Shown here: positions 47,756 to 58,184 of the stretch, piece after piece
Numbering within the stretch: the first letter of the stretch is position 1
Layout: each line of letters starts with the position of its first letter
Notes under the pieces: model-generated
Databases searched by the model: none
What the model was told of the DNA's origin: nothing
What the model saw: the letters and a program-made list of their open reading frames with translations, nothing else
Origin: a virus
Virus record (IMG/VR): IMGVR_UViG_3300027728_000006
Location: 1 to 64,000 of that record
Reading direction: 5' to 3' (one strand)
Length of the DNA: 64,000 nucleotides
Made by a program: the position numbers and the translations under genes

Positions 47756-48885
47756 ATATTTATATTACACAATTTTAAATCATTTTCTACCATTTTTTTT
47801 ACCAATTCGTCAAATGAAATTTTTGGAATCCAGTTTAGCTCTTTTCTTGCTAGAGTCGAGTCACCTAATAGAATGTCCACTTCAGCGGGTCTATAGAATT
47901 TTTTATTAATTTGCATCAAAACTATACTTGGTTTATTTTCCAATACGTATTTCTCATTAATTCCTTCTCCAACCCATAAGCCGTCAATTCCTGCGAATTT
48001 AAATGCTTTTTCAACAAATTCTCTTACAGTATGTGTTTCATTTGATGATAATACATAATCTTTTGCATTTTCTTGGTTAAGCATAAGCCATATGCCTTTA
48101 ACAAAATCTATAGCATGGCTCCAGTCTCTTTTTGCATCAATGTTTCCCAATTCTAATGGAGAAAAATAAGATCCCGATCTCATATGACTTCTTATTCTGG
48201 CAACATTTGTTGTAATTTTTCTTGTTACAAATTCAATGCCCCTTCTTTCAGATTCATGATTAAATAGCCACCCTTGAATAGCATATAGATCGTATGAATC
48301 TTTATATACTTTTACTAATTGTCTAGCTGCTGCCTTGCTTGCTCCATATGGGCTTCTTGGCTTCAATGGGTGTTTTTCATCCTGTGGAACGTATGAAACG
48401 TTTCCAAATTCTTCACTGGATCCAGCTTGATAGAATCTGCAGGTTGGCTTGTGCAGTCTGATAGCCTCTAATATATCCAAAACAGAAGTTGAATTAGCTT
48501 GCCATGTCTGCCTTGCGAAATCCCAACTGCTGGCTACGAAACTTTGAGCTGCTAGATTTATAAAATAATCCGGCTGAAGCTTTTCGATAATTCTTAAAAT
48601 TGAATGTGAATCAGTTAAGTCAAAATTTAACAATAAAAATCTAGGGTTATTGATATGGCTGATATTGATATGATTGTAAACGCTCAATCTTCTAACTCCA
48701 CCTACGATAAATAAATCAGTATTCTCAAGAAGATGTTCTACCATATAACTCCCATCTTGACCAGTAACACCAGTCACGATGCAGACCTTTTTGCCCAAAA
48801 GGATTTTGTGCGCATCATCTATATTTAGAATGTTCGCATTGTCTATTTTTTTACCGATATATGCCTCTTGTAAATTTTTATTCAT
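47752..48885 (-). CDS. gmd: GDP-mannose 4,6-dehydratase
   Basis: VTGVTGQDGSY, NLAAQSFV, YQAGSSEEFG, PRSPYGASK, FNHES.RRG.EFVTRKI, RPAEV. Confidence 0.95.
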   Translation of the reverse strand: MNKNLQEAYIGKKIDNANILNIDDAHKILLGKKVCIVTGVTGQDGSYMVEHLLENTDLFIVGGVRRLSVYNHINISHINNPRFLLLNFDLTDSHSILRIIEKLQPDYFINLAAQSFVASSWDFARQTWQANSTSVLDILEAIRLHKPTCRFYQAGSSEEFGNVSYVPQDEKHPLKPRSPYGASKAAARQLVKVYKDSYDLYAIQGWLFNHESERRGIEFVTRKITTNVARIRSHMRSGSYFSPLELGNIDAKRDWSHAIDFVKGIWLMLNQENAKDYVLSSNETHTVREFVEKAFKFAGIDGLWVGEGINEKYVLENKPSIVLMQINKKFYRPAEVDILLGDSTLARKELNWIPKISFDELVKKMVENDLKLCNINI

Positions 48886-48894
48886 TTAAATATT

Positions 48895-49461
48895 CTATTT
48901 TCTTACAATGAACATCATATCGTCATATCTGCCAATATCAGCCCTAAGGTCTACATGTTGAATATTTTTTTTGAATTCTTCTGGAACAAACTGATCAAGT
49001 ATTGAAAAATGTTCGTATCTTTGGATATCTTCTATAACTAAAACTCCGCCATTGTTAAGTTTCGGCAAATATAATTTGATAAAATCGATTTGGCTTTCTA
49101 GCGAATGTGGCCCATCGTCTATCATGATGTCAAAATTTGGTAATTTGCTGGCTACGTCTTGACTATATGCGTTTGCAAATAGCTGATTGACATTTTCTAT
49201 ACTTCTATATCTGTCTAAGATCGCTTGATCTGTAATGTCAAGTCCATAAATATTTGCATTTTCAAAATACTTCTCCCACAAGAACAGAGAGCCACCGTGG
49301 CATATTCCTATTTCCAGAAGATTTATTTCCTTGTCTTGAAATTTTAAAAATTCATTTTCATAAAATCCCTTAACATAGTTATGGATTGTATTTTTATCTG
49401 TCCCTGTGTCGATATTGTCAAGAACGGGATCTTCGCTTAAGATTTCTATTAATTTTTTCAT
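48895..49461 (-). CDS. Class I SAM-dependent methyltransferase, probably sugar O-methylating
   Basis: TDK...H.Y, LLEIGI..GGS, GLDI, IDDGPH, GGVLVIED. Confidence 0.85.
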   Translation of the reverse strand: MKKLIEILSEDPVLDNIDTGTDKNTIHNYVKGFYENEFLKFQDKEINLLEIGICHGGSLFLWEKYFENANIYGLDITDQAILDRYRSIENVNQLFANAYSQDVASKLPNFDIMIDDGPHSLESQIDFIKLYLPKLNNGGVLVIEDIQRYEHFSILDQFVPEEFKKNIQHVDLRADIGRYDDMMFIVRK

Positions 49462-49462
49462 T

Positions 49463-50599
49463 TTATATTTCTTCTATTTCTGGGATCATTACAAATAACC
49501 TGCCTGTATAGCCGTAATCTCTAAGAGACTTGGCTATGTAATCTTTAAAGTTATGCGCAAGTATAATAATATTATCTGGACAATATTCGGTTTTTATAAT
49601 TTCCCTTGAGCAAATTTTAATACCAGTGCCAGGACTGAATTTGTTTTGCTTTTGAATTGTGTCGTCAATTATAAAATTAATATCTTCGTCTATTAATTTA
49701 AGGGAGTTCAAATAAATGCATCCCTTTGCTGCAGCGCCAAAGCAATAAGTTTTTCCGGTTAATTTTTTAATAAAAAGCTTATCTTCAATTAGTTTGTTTT
49801 TAATTACGCCTTGCCAATTTTTAAAATCAAAATCGTTTTCCTCTTTTAGGAAGGTATTTATCAAGTTTGTATTTTCAATGTCCGATTTAACGTTAGATGA
49901 GACTATTCTTAGCGAGCCACCATGAATCTCTTGTCGAGATATGTCTATTATTTTTAAACCATATTTTTTAAATAATGAATATAAGGGTGTCAACAACCAG
50001 TAGAATACATGCTCATGATATATTTGATCAAATTGATTTGTTTTTACTGTATCTAGAAAATAAGGAAATTCTAGTATCCATCTGCCATTTAAATTTTTTT
50101 GAATTCCATCTAGGAATTTTTCATAAAATGGATTGTGTTGAAAAACATTTGTGGATGTGATCAGGTCAAACTTATTTTCGAAAACCACATCTCCCCAGTA
50201 ATTATTATAATAATTTATTCCACTTTTTTCATTATCCTCTTTAAAAGATTTGCTTGCGTCTACGTTGTGCAGGTTTAGTTTTTTATTGCTTTTTGATTGA
50301 AAGGCTTTAAGCAATGCCCCATCATTTCCACCTATGTCTACTATATTCTGTGGATCAAATTGTTTTGCATATTCCCACATAGCTTCACAATGTTTTATAT
50401 ATGGAACATTTATAGATGATCTGTATAAGTATTCTTCAAACATCTCTCCAGATGGAATTTCAACATCTAGCTTCATTAATAAATTATCTTCTTCGATAAT
50501 TTTCAATCCGAACGTCTTTGTGCTCAGGCTTTCCTGTTTTGTTTTACAAAGGTTATTTACTAGCGGTAGATTTCCAAGATTTATGATTTCTTTTTCCAT
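49463..50599 (-). CDS. NDP-hexose C-methyltransferase-like protein
   Basis: LGNLPLVN, YLYRSS, DIGGNDG, FDQIYHEH, HGGSLR, FGAAAKG. Confidence 0.88.
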   Translation of the reverse strand: MEKEIINLGNLPLVNNLCKTKQESLSTKTFGLKIIEEDNLLMKLDVEIPSGEMFEEYLYRSSINVPYIKHCEAMWEYAKQFDPQNIVDIGGNDGALLKAFQSKSNKKLNLHNVDASKSFKEDNEKSGINYYNNYWGDVVFENKFDLITSTNVFQHNPFYEKFLDGIQKNLNGRWILEFPYFLDTVKTNQFDQIYHEHVFYWLLTPLYSLFKKYGLKIIDISRQEIHGGSLRIVSSNVKSDIENTNLINTFLKEENDFDFKNWQGVIKNKLIEDKLFIKKLTGKTYCFGAAAKGCIYLNSLKLIDEDINFIIDDTIQKQNKFSPGTGIKICSREIIKTEYCPDNIIILAHNFKDYIAKSLRDYGYTGRLFVMIPEIEEI

Positions 50600-50600
50600 A

Positions 50601-51455
50601 TTACCATTTCCAGTTTTTCAAACACCAATCTATTGATTCATTTACTTCAGACATCTTTATGCCGGTCGAAAGTAATTTGCTATTATTTGTAATGCAATTC
50701 GAGCGAGGCATGGAGCTTATATGTTTATAAAAATTATCTATTGTTAGAAAATTTGCTTTCTTGTTTGGAGTAATCGTATTTACCAACTTTTTGACTATCT
50801 CTATTGATGAAATGTGACCACTGTTAGTTATGTTATATGTGCCAAATGGTATTTCTAATTTTATTGAATCTATGCAGGCTTTTACAAACTCAACCTTGTT
50901 TGAAAGTGAATTATTTTCTGACACAAGTGTATCGTAGTTAATTATTTTTGAAATGTAATTTCTATTATTATATTTATTTTCAAAAGGCAGTCTTATTCTC
51001 CATATGTAGCTTTTTTCATATGACGAAATATATTTTTCCGCTATGATTTTTGTGCCAGTATAGAAACTGCAATTATTAAATTTAAAGCTAAAGTTTGGCT
51101 CGTCTGCCTCTTGCCACCCATTTGCATTTGGAGCTTCTCCATTATATAAACAACCGGTGGAAATATGGCAATATGCTATTTCAAGTTCTTGGCTTATTTC
51201 TTTTAATAAAATTGGTAAAACTACATTGCCGCTTATTGTTTCATCTTTTTGATTTTCGCATGCTTCTATATTTGGTTTACCAACAAATGCGGCGCAATTG
51301 ATTATATATTGAAAATTATGGGCTCTATGTATTTCAATTATATTTTTTTTATTGGCTTCTTGATGCTGAAGCGTTCTATAGGGAATTGAGTTTTCTTCAA
51401 ATTGTTTTTTAAATTCCGTACCTATGTACCCCGTAGAGCCTACTAGCAAAATCAT
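50601..51455 (-). CDS. NDP-4-keto-6-deoxyhexose epimerase/reductase (RmlD or NRS/ER-like)
   Basis: GSTGYIG, GKPNIEACE, STGCLY, SFYTGTK, PRSNC. Confidence 0.82.
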   Translation of the reverse strand: MILLVGSTGYIGTEFKKQFEENSIPYRTLQHQEANKKNIIEIHRAHNFQYIINCAAFVGKPNIEACENQKDETISGNVVLPILLKEISQELEIAYCHISTGCLYNGEAPNANGWQEADEPNFSFKFNNCSFYTGTKIIAEKYISSYEKSYIWRIRLPFENKYNNRNYISKIINYDTLVSENNSLSNKVEFVKACIDSIKLEIPFGTYNITNSGHISSIEIVKKLVNTITPNKKANFLTIDNFYKHISSMPRSNCITNNSKLLSTGIKMSEVNESIDWCLKNWKW

Positions 51456-52159
51456 ATCTTATATATGTGACTCCATGTATATTTATCTAAAATATTTGGT
51501 AGATCGTTAGGAAGGCAGGGTTCTATACTGTATGCGTCTGATGATTTTAAATGCGTGGCAAGGTAACCTTCCAAACCATGCACGTCAGCATAAAATGTTT
51601 GCCAATTTTTTGAAAAAATTGATTTATTTTTAAACCAGAAAAATGCGCCGCTATAATGCCATGGAACGAACGACAACGCTGAATAGGGTCTATCTAATTT
51701 AAAAGTACCACAGCATTCATAATTTTCAAGTATATTGGAAATGTATTCGAAGTCATCCAAGTTTTTTGTATACATTGTATGAGGCCATAAGATGGATATT
51801 ACTGACTCTCTTGCAGAATTATAGTGTGTGACCGATTTCGTGTGACCATAAAAGGTATACTCACTATCATCTAATGAATAAACAGATGGCATTAATTTTG
51901 TAATGAATGGATGAAGCTCATACCAGTTATTTGTTTCGGAATTTTTGGTAAAAAAGAACTTTATATCTGGAAAATCTTTGAAATATTCAGTTACAAATTT
52001 TTCTGCAAAATCCTGATCTTGATCAAAGTTTACATTTATTACCTTTTTTCCATTAAATTTAACAAGATATTTTTTTAAATTAGATAGATTAAAGTATAGA
52101 ATGGGATTTATATTCGTTAAACATAAGTGATATATCAAATTGTATTTAATATTTTTCAT
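51452..52159 (-). CDS. Putative glycosyltransferase-like protein
   Basis: YGHTKSVT and WHYSGAFFW motifs; sugar-cluster context. Confidence 0.5.
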   Translation of the reverse strand: MKNIKYNLIYHLCLTNINPILYFNLSNLKKYLVKFNGKKVINVNFDQDQDFAEKFVTEYFKDFPDIKFFFTKNSETNNWYELHPFITKLMPSVYSLDDSEYTFYGHTKSVTHYNSARESVISILWPHTMYTKNLDDFEYISNILENYECCGTFKLDRPYSALSFVPWHYSGAFFWFKNKSIFSKNWQTFYADVHGLEGYLATHLKSSDAYSIEPCLPNDLPNILDKYTWSHIYKI

Positions 52160-52161
52160 TT

Positions 52162-52827
52162 TTATATTTTCCATTCTGTTAAAAATTGAGAGCAATAATC
52201 TACATTTTTAGGTGGGGCGTCTAAATACTCTCCATACCTATCTCCAATAAATTCATTCTGTACGCTGGTAAATGGTAATATTGTTTCTATTGCGAGCCCT
52301 CTGTATTCGTCATATCCTTTTTCGCAAAAATTGTAAAAATTATCTAATTGATCTTCGCATATGATTTGTATCCCAGATTCCGGAAAGCCATGTCTTCTAC
52401 ATGGAAATGAAGTCCATCCGCTTGTGAGGCTGTTTATATAATTTACAATTTTATCCGACATTAAGAATATGTCGGATTCTATATGTATGATTTTTTTATA
52501 ATTAAATTTTTTCGCATATTCCGCAGCAAATGAAAAGCTTCTAAACCAACCTGGATAATCTAGTATACCTTTTCTTCCAAAATTGTTCTGGAAATAAAGT
52601 ATAGAATTTTTGAAATCATCTGACTCTTTATTCGTATCTTGACAGGGAATTGCTTCAACGGATTTAATATTGGGAATGATTGGGCTTCCGTCATCTATCA
52701 TTAATATTTTGTCAGTGTTTAAACTTATAGAGTTGTAAAATTTTAACCATTTTATATATCTATTATCCCAAAGATATTCGCTGTCAGAAAAACTAGTGCA
52801 AAATAATAAAGTTTTTAAATTATTCAT
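52162..52827 (-). CDS. Putative GT-A-like glycosyltransferase
   Basis: LMIDDGS and IIHIESD. Confidence 0.55.
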   Translation of the reverse strand: MNNLKTLLFCTSFSDSEYLWDNRYIKWLKFYNSISLNTDKILMIDDGSPIIPNIKSVEAIPCQDTNKESDDFKNSILYFQNNFGRKGILDYPGWFRSFSFAAEYAKKFNYKKIIHIESDIFLMSDKIVNYINSLTSGWTSFPCRRHGFPESGIQIICEDQLDNFYNFCEKGYDEYRGLAIETILPFTSVQNEFIGDRYGEYLDAPPKNVDYCSQFLTEWKI

Positions 52828-53053
52828 ACTCCTCAAAATTAAGAAGCAATGGATTTGATTTTCTTGTGCTTTTCAGCGCAATTTTATTATTTAGTTCTGC
52901 TTCTGTTAGAACTACAATTTTTTCAGAGCCTCCAAAGAGAATATTTAAATCATCTTTGTCAAGAACTTGATCTAGCAGGATATTAAAATCTACTTCTGAA
53001 TTTATCTTATTACTTAAAGAAAGTGAAAATTTTTGAACATGTCCTTTTACCAT
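52820..53053 (-). CDS. Hypothetical protein
   Basis: ORF track. Confidence 0.5.
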   Translation of the reverse strand: MVKGHVQKFSLSLSNKINSEVDFNILLDQVLDKDDLNILFGGSEKIVVLTEAELNNKIALKSTRKSNPLLLNFEEYE

Positions 53054-53091
53054 TAATTATTATGGTAATGTAATGTTTTTTTTAAAATTTT

Positions 53092-53526
53092 TTAATCAAT
53101 ATTTTTAGTATATATATCAGAAACAAATTTAATAGCTTTATTGTAAATATCTTGATAATCTTCTGTGGATGGCATTGAGTAATTAGAGATGGCGTTCAAA
53201 TAGTTCATTTTTTCATCTTTAAGTTTTTTATTTATTTCAAGCACTTCTACTTTTATTTGCTTATTGATATTTTTTTTCCAATTTTTTAAAAAAAAATCAC
53301 TCATCGATTCATCTAAAGCTTCATTCCTTCGATCAGAACAAAATGCATTGAACATAAAAAATACCATATTTGAAATAATGTCCTGAGAAAATCTTGCTTT
53401 TAATTGTTCTAAAACGGCGTTATTTGAAATTTTTATATTTTCAACAAGATTATTAACATTAATGTCTTCTAATATCTCGCTTGGAAGGACTGATGGATCT
53501 TTTTTTTCGTTTTTATTTTTTTTCAT
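53092..53526 (-). CDS. Hypothetical protein
   Basis: Probable start MKKNKNE. Confidence 0.55.
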   Translation of the reverse strand: MKKNKNEKKDPSVLPSEILEDINVNNLVENIKISNNAVLEQLKARFSQDIISNMVFFMFNAFCSDRRNEALDESMSDFFLKNWKKNINKQIKVEVLEINKKLKDEKMNYLNAISNYSMPSTEDYQDIYNKAIKFVSDIYTKNID

Positions 53527-53578
53527 ATCTCGTTGAGTATATGACATATTACACATTGAAATGTTGAAGTAAAGCGGA

Positions 53579-55234
53579 TTACGCCTCACAACTTTTACAA
53601 GCCAAGATATTTCTCGACAGTTCCTGACTTGGAGACGCTGATCTTTGATAATAAAACGTTTTAATACCCATTTTCCAACCTTCTATTAGTAAGGTGCTAA
53701 CATCTTTAGCTGGGGTTGATGGTGGGATCATTATATTTAATGATTGACTTTGGTCAATATATTTTTGTCTTTGAGCAGCTTGAATAACAATTTCTTTCTG
53801 CGAAATTTCACCAAAAGTTTTAAACACGTCTCTTTCTTCTTGAGAGAGAAAATCTAAATGCTGAACACTTCCTCCTTTTACCAAAATTGACTTCCACGTT
53901 TGGCTGTCGTCTTTGCCCTTTTGTGTTAAAAGTTTTTTAAGATATGGATTTTTATATGTAAAATTTCCTTTTGCAAGTTTATTAACAAAATAATTACTAT
54001 TAAGAGGCTCAATTGATGGAGAAACTTGACCTAGTATAAAACTAGAAGAAGTCGTTGGGGCGATGGCTAGGGTAGTTACATTTCTACGCCCATATCCTTT
54101 CAATAGTTCCGGCTCGCCAAATATTACGGCAAGATCCTGTGTAGCCTTATCGGATTTCTCTTTGATAGTCTTCCATATTTGATTATTTAGGATTTTAGAT
54201 TCTAGTGATTCGAATGATATCATCTTATCTTGAAGTAAGGAGTGCCAACCTAATACTCCCATACCCAACGCTCTTTGGTTCTTTGCAAACAAATGTGCAG
54301 TTTCCATAAATTTTATGGATTTTGATTTATATATAAATTCTTCGTTAACTGAATCTAAAAAATAAATTAAAGTTTCAATTGCGTCAGTTTCTTTGATTTT
54401 ATCCCAATGAAGTAAATTGAGCGAAGAAAGAACGCAAACAAATGACTCCTCTTCCGAATTAGAAAGTTGAATTTCAGAGCAAAGGTTGCTGTGACTTATT
54501 TTCAGTCCCTTATCCTTATAAACACTTGGAGCATTATTATTAACGGTATCAGTGAATTGAATGTACGGGTAGCCAGTTTCAAACCTTTTTTTAATAATAT
54601 TTGCCCAGGTTTTTCTTTTATCTTTATCTCCATCAACCATTTCTTGCATCCACTTGTCAGTAATAGTGATACCAATGCTCATATTTTGAATCGAATGACC
54701 AATGGATCTAATCTGCAAAAATTCTTCAATATCGGGATGTTCAACTGGAAGGTATGCGGCAAATGACCCTCTTCGAGCAGAACCTTGAGAAATTACATCT
54801 GAAATAGTGCTGAACAGCTCCATGAAATGAACTGGACCGCTTGATTCTCCACCAACGCTTATTTTTGTACCTCTTGATCTAAGATTTCCAAAAAAACCAG
54901 AAGTACCGCCGCCTAGTTTTGACATCATTCCAACTTCAGAAACTTTTGAAAGAATCGATTCCATTTTGTCAGATAAAAAAGAACCAAAGCAACTTACCGG
55001 TAACCCTCTACTGTTTCCAAAATTAGTCCAGACCGGAGTTGCTAAAGAATAAAAACCCATAGACATGTAGTTTTTAAATTTTTCAGCAAATCCATCGATT
55101 CCTAAAATTTTTTCTGCATTATGTGCAATTTGATCTACTCTTTGCTCAGGTGTAGTTTCGCCTTCGAGATAACCGCCTTTGAGAAATTGAACTGAATCTT
55201 CATTTAGCCAGTAATATTTTTGATTTGTATCCAT
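53579..55234 (-). CDS. nrdA: Ribonucleotide reductase class I alpha subunit, short, no ATP cone
   Basis: VSCF, GGGTS, SNLCSE, VCVL, IAPTTSSS, DQSQS, TFYY, CKSCEA. Confidence 0.95.
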   Translation of the reverse strand: MDTNQKYYWLNEDSVQFLKGGYLEGETTPEQRVDQIAHNAEKILGIDGFAEKFKNYMSMGFYSLATPVWTNFGNSRGLPVSCFGSFLSDKMESILSKVSEVGMMSKLGGGTSGFFGNLRSRGTKISVGGESSGPVHFMELFSTISDVISQGSARRGSFAAYLPVEHPDIEEFLQIRSIGHSIQNMSIGITITDKWMQEMVDGDKDKRKTWANIIKKRFETGYPYIQFTDTVNNNAPSVYKDKGLKISHSNLCSEIQLSNSEEESFVCVLSSLNLLHWDKIKETDAIETLIYFLDSVNEEFIYKSKSIKFMETAHLFAKNQRALGMGVLGWHSLLQDKMISFESLESKILNNQIWKTIKEKSDKATQDLAVIFGEPELLKGYGRRNVTTLAIAPTTSSSFILGQVSPSIEPLNSNYFVNKLAKGNFTYKNPYLKKLLTQKGKDDSQTWKSILVKGGSVQHLDFLSQEERDVFKTFGEISQKEIVIQAAQRQKYIDQSQSLNIMIPPSTPAKDVSTLLIEGWKMGIKTFYYQRSASPSQELSRNILACKSCEA

Positions 55235-55300
55235 ATATAAAAATTTTATACTTTAGAATAACAGAATTTTTACTGTTATCAAGCAAATAAAATTTAATTT

Positions 55301-56290
55301 TTAAAAAAGATCGTCTTCAGAAAACGACTGGGAGTTTTTTGAATATTCGGTCGGACGAGAATTGAAAAAATCAGTTTTGCCGTTGCCCAAAAGCTGCTCA
55401 TCAAACCACATTGTTTTATGAATAGCATCTTTATCTACTTCAAATAATTTTGCAAATCCGATTTCAGACAATGCGTGGTTCATTCTGTTTTTAATAAACT
55501 CTTTTAAGAGGGGAGAGTTGAAAGTATCGTGATCGTATCCATTTACAATCCATTCTATAATTTGACATTCATGCTCTATTGCTTCTTCAGCTTCTGAGCG
55601 AATTTTCTCTACAAGTTCTTCATCGAACAACTCTGGATATTCAGATCTAATTGTATTGATGATTTTAATCCCTATTTTAGCGTGCAAATCTTCCTCTCTT
55701 GAGGTATATTCAACTTGTTTGTTTGTATCTTTTAATACGTTTTTAAATTTTCCAAACCAATTGATTGTATAAAATTGAGAAAAAAGAGCAATATTTTCTA
55801 CAAACAGAGTAAAAAGAATAATGGAGTAAACGAATTGTTTTTTATTGTCTTCATGAAATCTACGAAGATACTTTTTAAGATAATTTACCCGCCCTTTGAT
55901 AATCTTCTCTTTTAAGATCATGTCGAAAGAGTCTTCAATTCCAAGAACTTCAAGAAGCCTTGAATATGCATGACCGTGAATAACCTCTATATTAGCCATA
56001 ACGTACCCAAGATCATTTAGGCTTGGGTGAGGCAAGTTGTCTCCAAGTTTAGCCCAAAACTTTTTAACAGAAATTTCTAATTGACCTATCGTTGACAAAG
56101 ATCTGACAATAATTTCTTTCTCTCTTTCTGATAACTTGACTTTAAAATCTTGGATGTCAGACTGAAAATTGAATTCTATATCTGTCCAAAATCCATTATG
56201 CATCGCTAAAATAAAATCTTTAGACCATGGATAAAAATCTGGTTTCAAGGGGATAACTTCGTCAAATATTTTTACAGTTTTATTTTCCAT
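55301..56290 (-). CDS. nrdB: Ribonucleotide reductase class I beta subunit
   Basis: FW, EVIH..AYS, VENIALFSQF, REEDLH, DFF...PTEY. Confidence 0.93.
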   Translation of the reverse strand: MENKTVKIFDEVIPLKPDFYPWSKDFILAMHNGFWTDIEFNFQSDIQDFKVKLSEREKEIIVRSLSTIGQLEISVKKFWAKLGDNLPHPSLNDLGYVMANIEVIHGHAYSRLLEVLGIEDSFDMILKEKIIKGRVNYLKKYLRRFHEDNKKQFVYSIILFTLFVENIALFSQFYTINWFGKFKNVLKDTNKQVEYTSREEDLHAKIGIKIINTIRSEYPELFDEELVEKIRSEAEEAIEHECQIIEWIVNGYDHDTFNSPLLKEFIKNRMNHALSEIGFAKLFEVDKDAIHKTMWFDEQLLGNGKTDFFNSRPTEYSKNSQSFSEDDLF

Positions 56291-56381
56291 ATTGTTTTAG
56301 TAATGGAAAATTACACGTTTTTTAGAACGATGTCAATAAGCGAAGAGATATTGAAATAATAAACCAAATCAAGTGTATCTT

Positions 56382-56777
56382 TTAGTTTTCTATTGAAATT
56401 CCGAATTTTTTAAGCTTTTGGTTTGCTTTTGAGGTTTTTTGGTCTGCTAATTGAGCAGAATGCTTGACGCCATTTTCTTTTTCGTAATTTTTATAAAATT
56501 GTTTTTTAACAGGATCAGACATTTCTCCACCACGCTTTTCAGAAAGCTCTTTGCTTTCTTTTAATAAGTCTCCGATTGTTCCTTTTTTGTTCCTACTTTT
56601 TTCTACAAAGCTTTTCGAGTTGTATGGGTCAATTCTAGAATCTATAGAAATATTAGGAGCAGAATAAATTCTTTCAAATTGAACTCCATCTTTTGAAAAT
56701 TTATGCACTTCATTTACACTTTGAAATATTTCTACTAACTCGTCAGTTTCTGGATGCTTGTATAAATAAATGGGCAT
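56382..56777 (-). CDS. FmdB-like protein without cysteines
   Basis: MPIYLY...E..Q...ERIYSAP. Confidence 0.55.
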   Translation of the reverse strand: MPIYLYKHPETDELVEIFQSVNEVHKFSKDGVQFERIYSAPNISIDSRIDPYNSKSFVEKSRNKKGTIGDLLKESKELSEKRGGEMSDPVKKQFYKNYEKENGVKHSAQLADQKTSKANQKLKKFGISIEN

Positions 56778-56778
56778 T

Positions 56779-57867
56779 TTATGACTCTACGATTTTAAGA
56801 ATATGATCTAGCGAATTTGACCAAGTTAATTTCTTGGACATCTTTAATCCATTTTCATTAACTGGATTAGACAAGAATCTTTTCTCCGCCTCTTCGCATG
56901 CTGAAATGAAATCATCTGGATTCCAATCAAAATAACTCCCTTGATTAAAGTCGAGTCCTTTTTTGAAGAAGACTCCGTCGTAGGCTTCTATTTTTCCACT
57001 TGGCTGGACCATAACTGCATTTTCATTATTAGCCCAATCTTTATAAGCATGAGCATTTAATACAACAGCATGTTTTCCAAGGCATACACTTTGGAATTCT
57101 GGAAGCCCCCACCCCTCTCCAGAGGACATTCCTATTGCAATGTCAGAATGATTTAAAAAATCATTGTATAGAGAATTTGTAGGCATGAAACTAAGAAAAT
57201 TAATATTAAAATAATTTACATTGCCTAGTATATTAGAAATAGCTTGATTCTGCTGATTTTGATCAAGAAATGGATTTTGAATGGCGCAATTTAATTCATA
57301 CTTACTATTATTGCCATATTTCTTAGCCCAACTTTGTAACAGCTTGTGATGTTGCTTTCTTTTTTCCAACTTTCCGAAAAGAGCAAAACTGATCTTATCG
57401 TCTCTTGTTTTTTCACTTCTTGAAAAATGAAGGTTATCGAATCCAAGTGGTGCAAAATGAACGTTATTTAGCCCAACTGATTCAAATATGGCTTTTGTGT
57501 AATTAGAAGAAACTATTACGTTCTTTTGATTTCTTAAAATGTTTATTTCTGTTTCGGTTGGGGAATCAAGCTCATAAAATGTAAAAAGCGTTTGATTCTT
57601 TGAAACAGAAGACATTGATCCGTTTATATGCCAAAGTTTAATAGTGGAATTATCCCTAGAGTGCCTAGCTTCGGACTTTGTTGAATTTTTTTGAAGCCAA
57701 TTGAAAAATTCTGTATCTAACTTATCAAATGATGACAGGTCGGCTCGCTCTCCCATTGGGAAGAGGACGGGGTCAATGCTTCTTTGCTTTAAGGCATTAA
57801 GGATTCCGATTGCACAATTTCCAAAGGAAAGCCCGTTTATAGGAAGCTCTAAGGATAGATTCGGCAT
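56779..57867 (-). CDS. GT4-like glycosyltransferase
   Basis: LSFGN, GKLEKRK, SSGEGWGLPEFQ. Confidence 0.82.
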   Translation of the reverse strand: MPNLSLELPINGLSFGNCAIGILNALKQRSIDPVLFPMGERADLSSFDKLDTEFFNWLQKNSTKSEARHSRDNSTIKLWHINGSMSSVSKNQTLFTFYELDSPTETEINILRNQKNVIVSSNYTKAIFESVGLNNVHFAPLGFDNLHFSRSEKTRDDKISFALFGKLEKRKQHHKLLQSWAKKYGNNSKYELNCAIQNPFLDQNQQNQAISNILGNVNYFNINFLSFMPTNSLYNDFLNHSDIAIGMSSGEGWGLPEFQSVCLGKHAVVLNAHAYKDWANNENAVMVQPSGKIEAYDGVFFKKGLDFNQGSYFDWNPDDFISACEEAEKRFLSNPVNENGLKMSKKLTWSNSLDHILKIVES

Positions 57868-57868
57868 A

Positions 57869-58159
57869 TTAAAATGGAATTTCGTCGGTGTCTTCTTGAG
57901 AGGGGATCTCAAGAACCTTTGAGGTTGATTGCTGAGAAGAATTTTTCGTTTCTTGAGCAGCGGCTTTTTGTTCGGAAAGGTAAATCCTAAAATTAGGTGT
58001 GTTGTCTCCAGCCTTCTTGTATTGGTTAGAAAAAACCACGACTTCTACCCTTTCTCCGTTTTCAAGTTGGACGTAACCAGTTTTGAACTTATTGCCAGCC
58101 TTAGAGGTTTTTTCCCAAAGGGCTCCAATTTCTTTGTTTTCTTTATTTTTATTTTCCAT
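57869..58159 (-). CDS. DUF736-like putative ssDNA-binding protein
   Basis: EIGALWEKTSKAG...PNFRIY and acidic tail DEIPF. Confidence 0.6.
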   Translation of the reverse strand: MENKNKENKEIGALWEKTSKAGNKFKTGYVQLENGERVEVVVFSNQYKKAGDNTPNFRIYLSEQKAAAQETKNSSQQSTSKVLEIPSQEDTDEIPF

Positions 58160-58184
58160 ATGAAATCCTATTCTGATATATTTT

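Noticed and set aside
37832-55234. Inteins or introns in dnaE, dnaB, recA or nrdA
   Set aside because: Protein lengths are compact and no splice-junction or homing endonuclease motifs were noticed.
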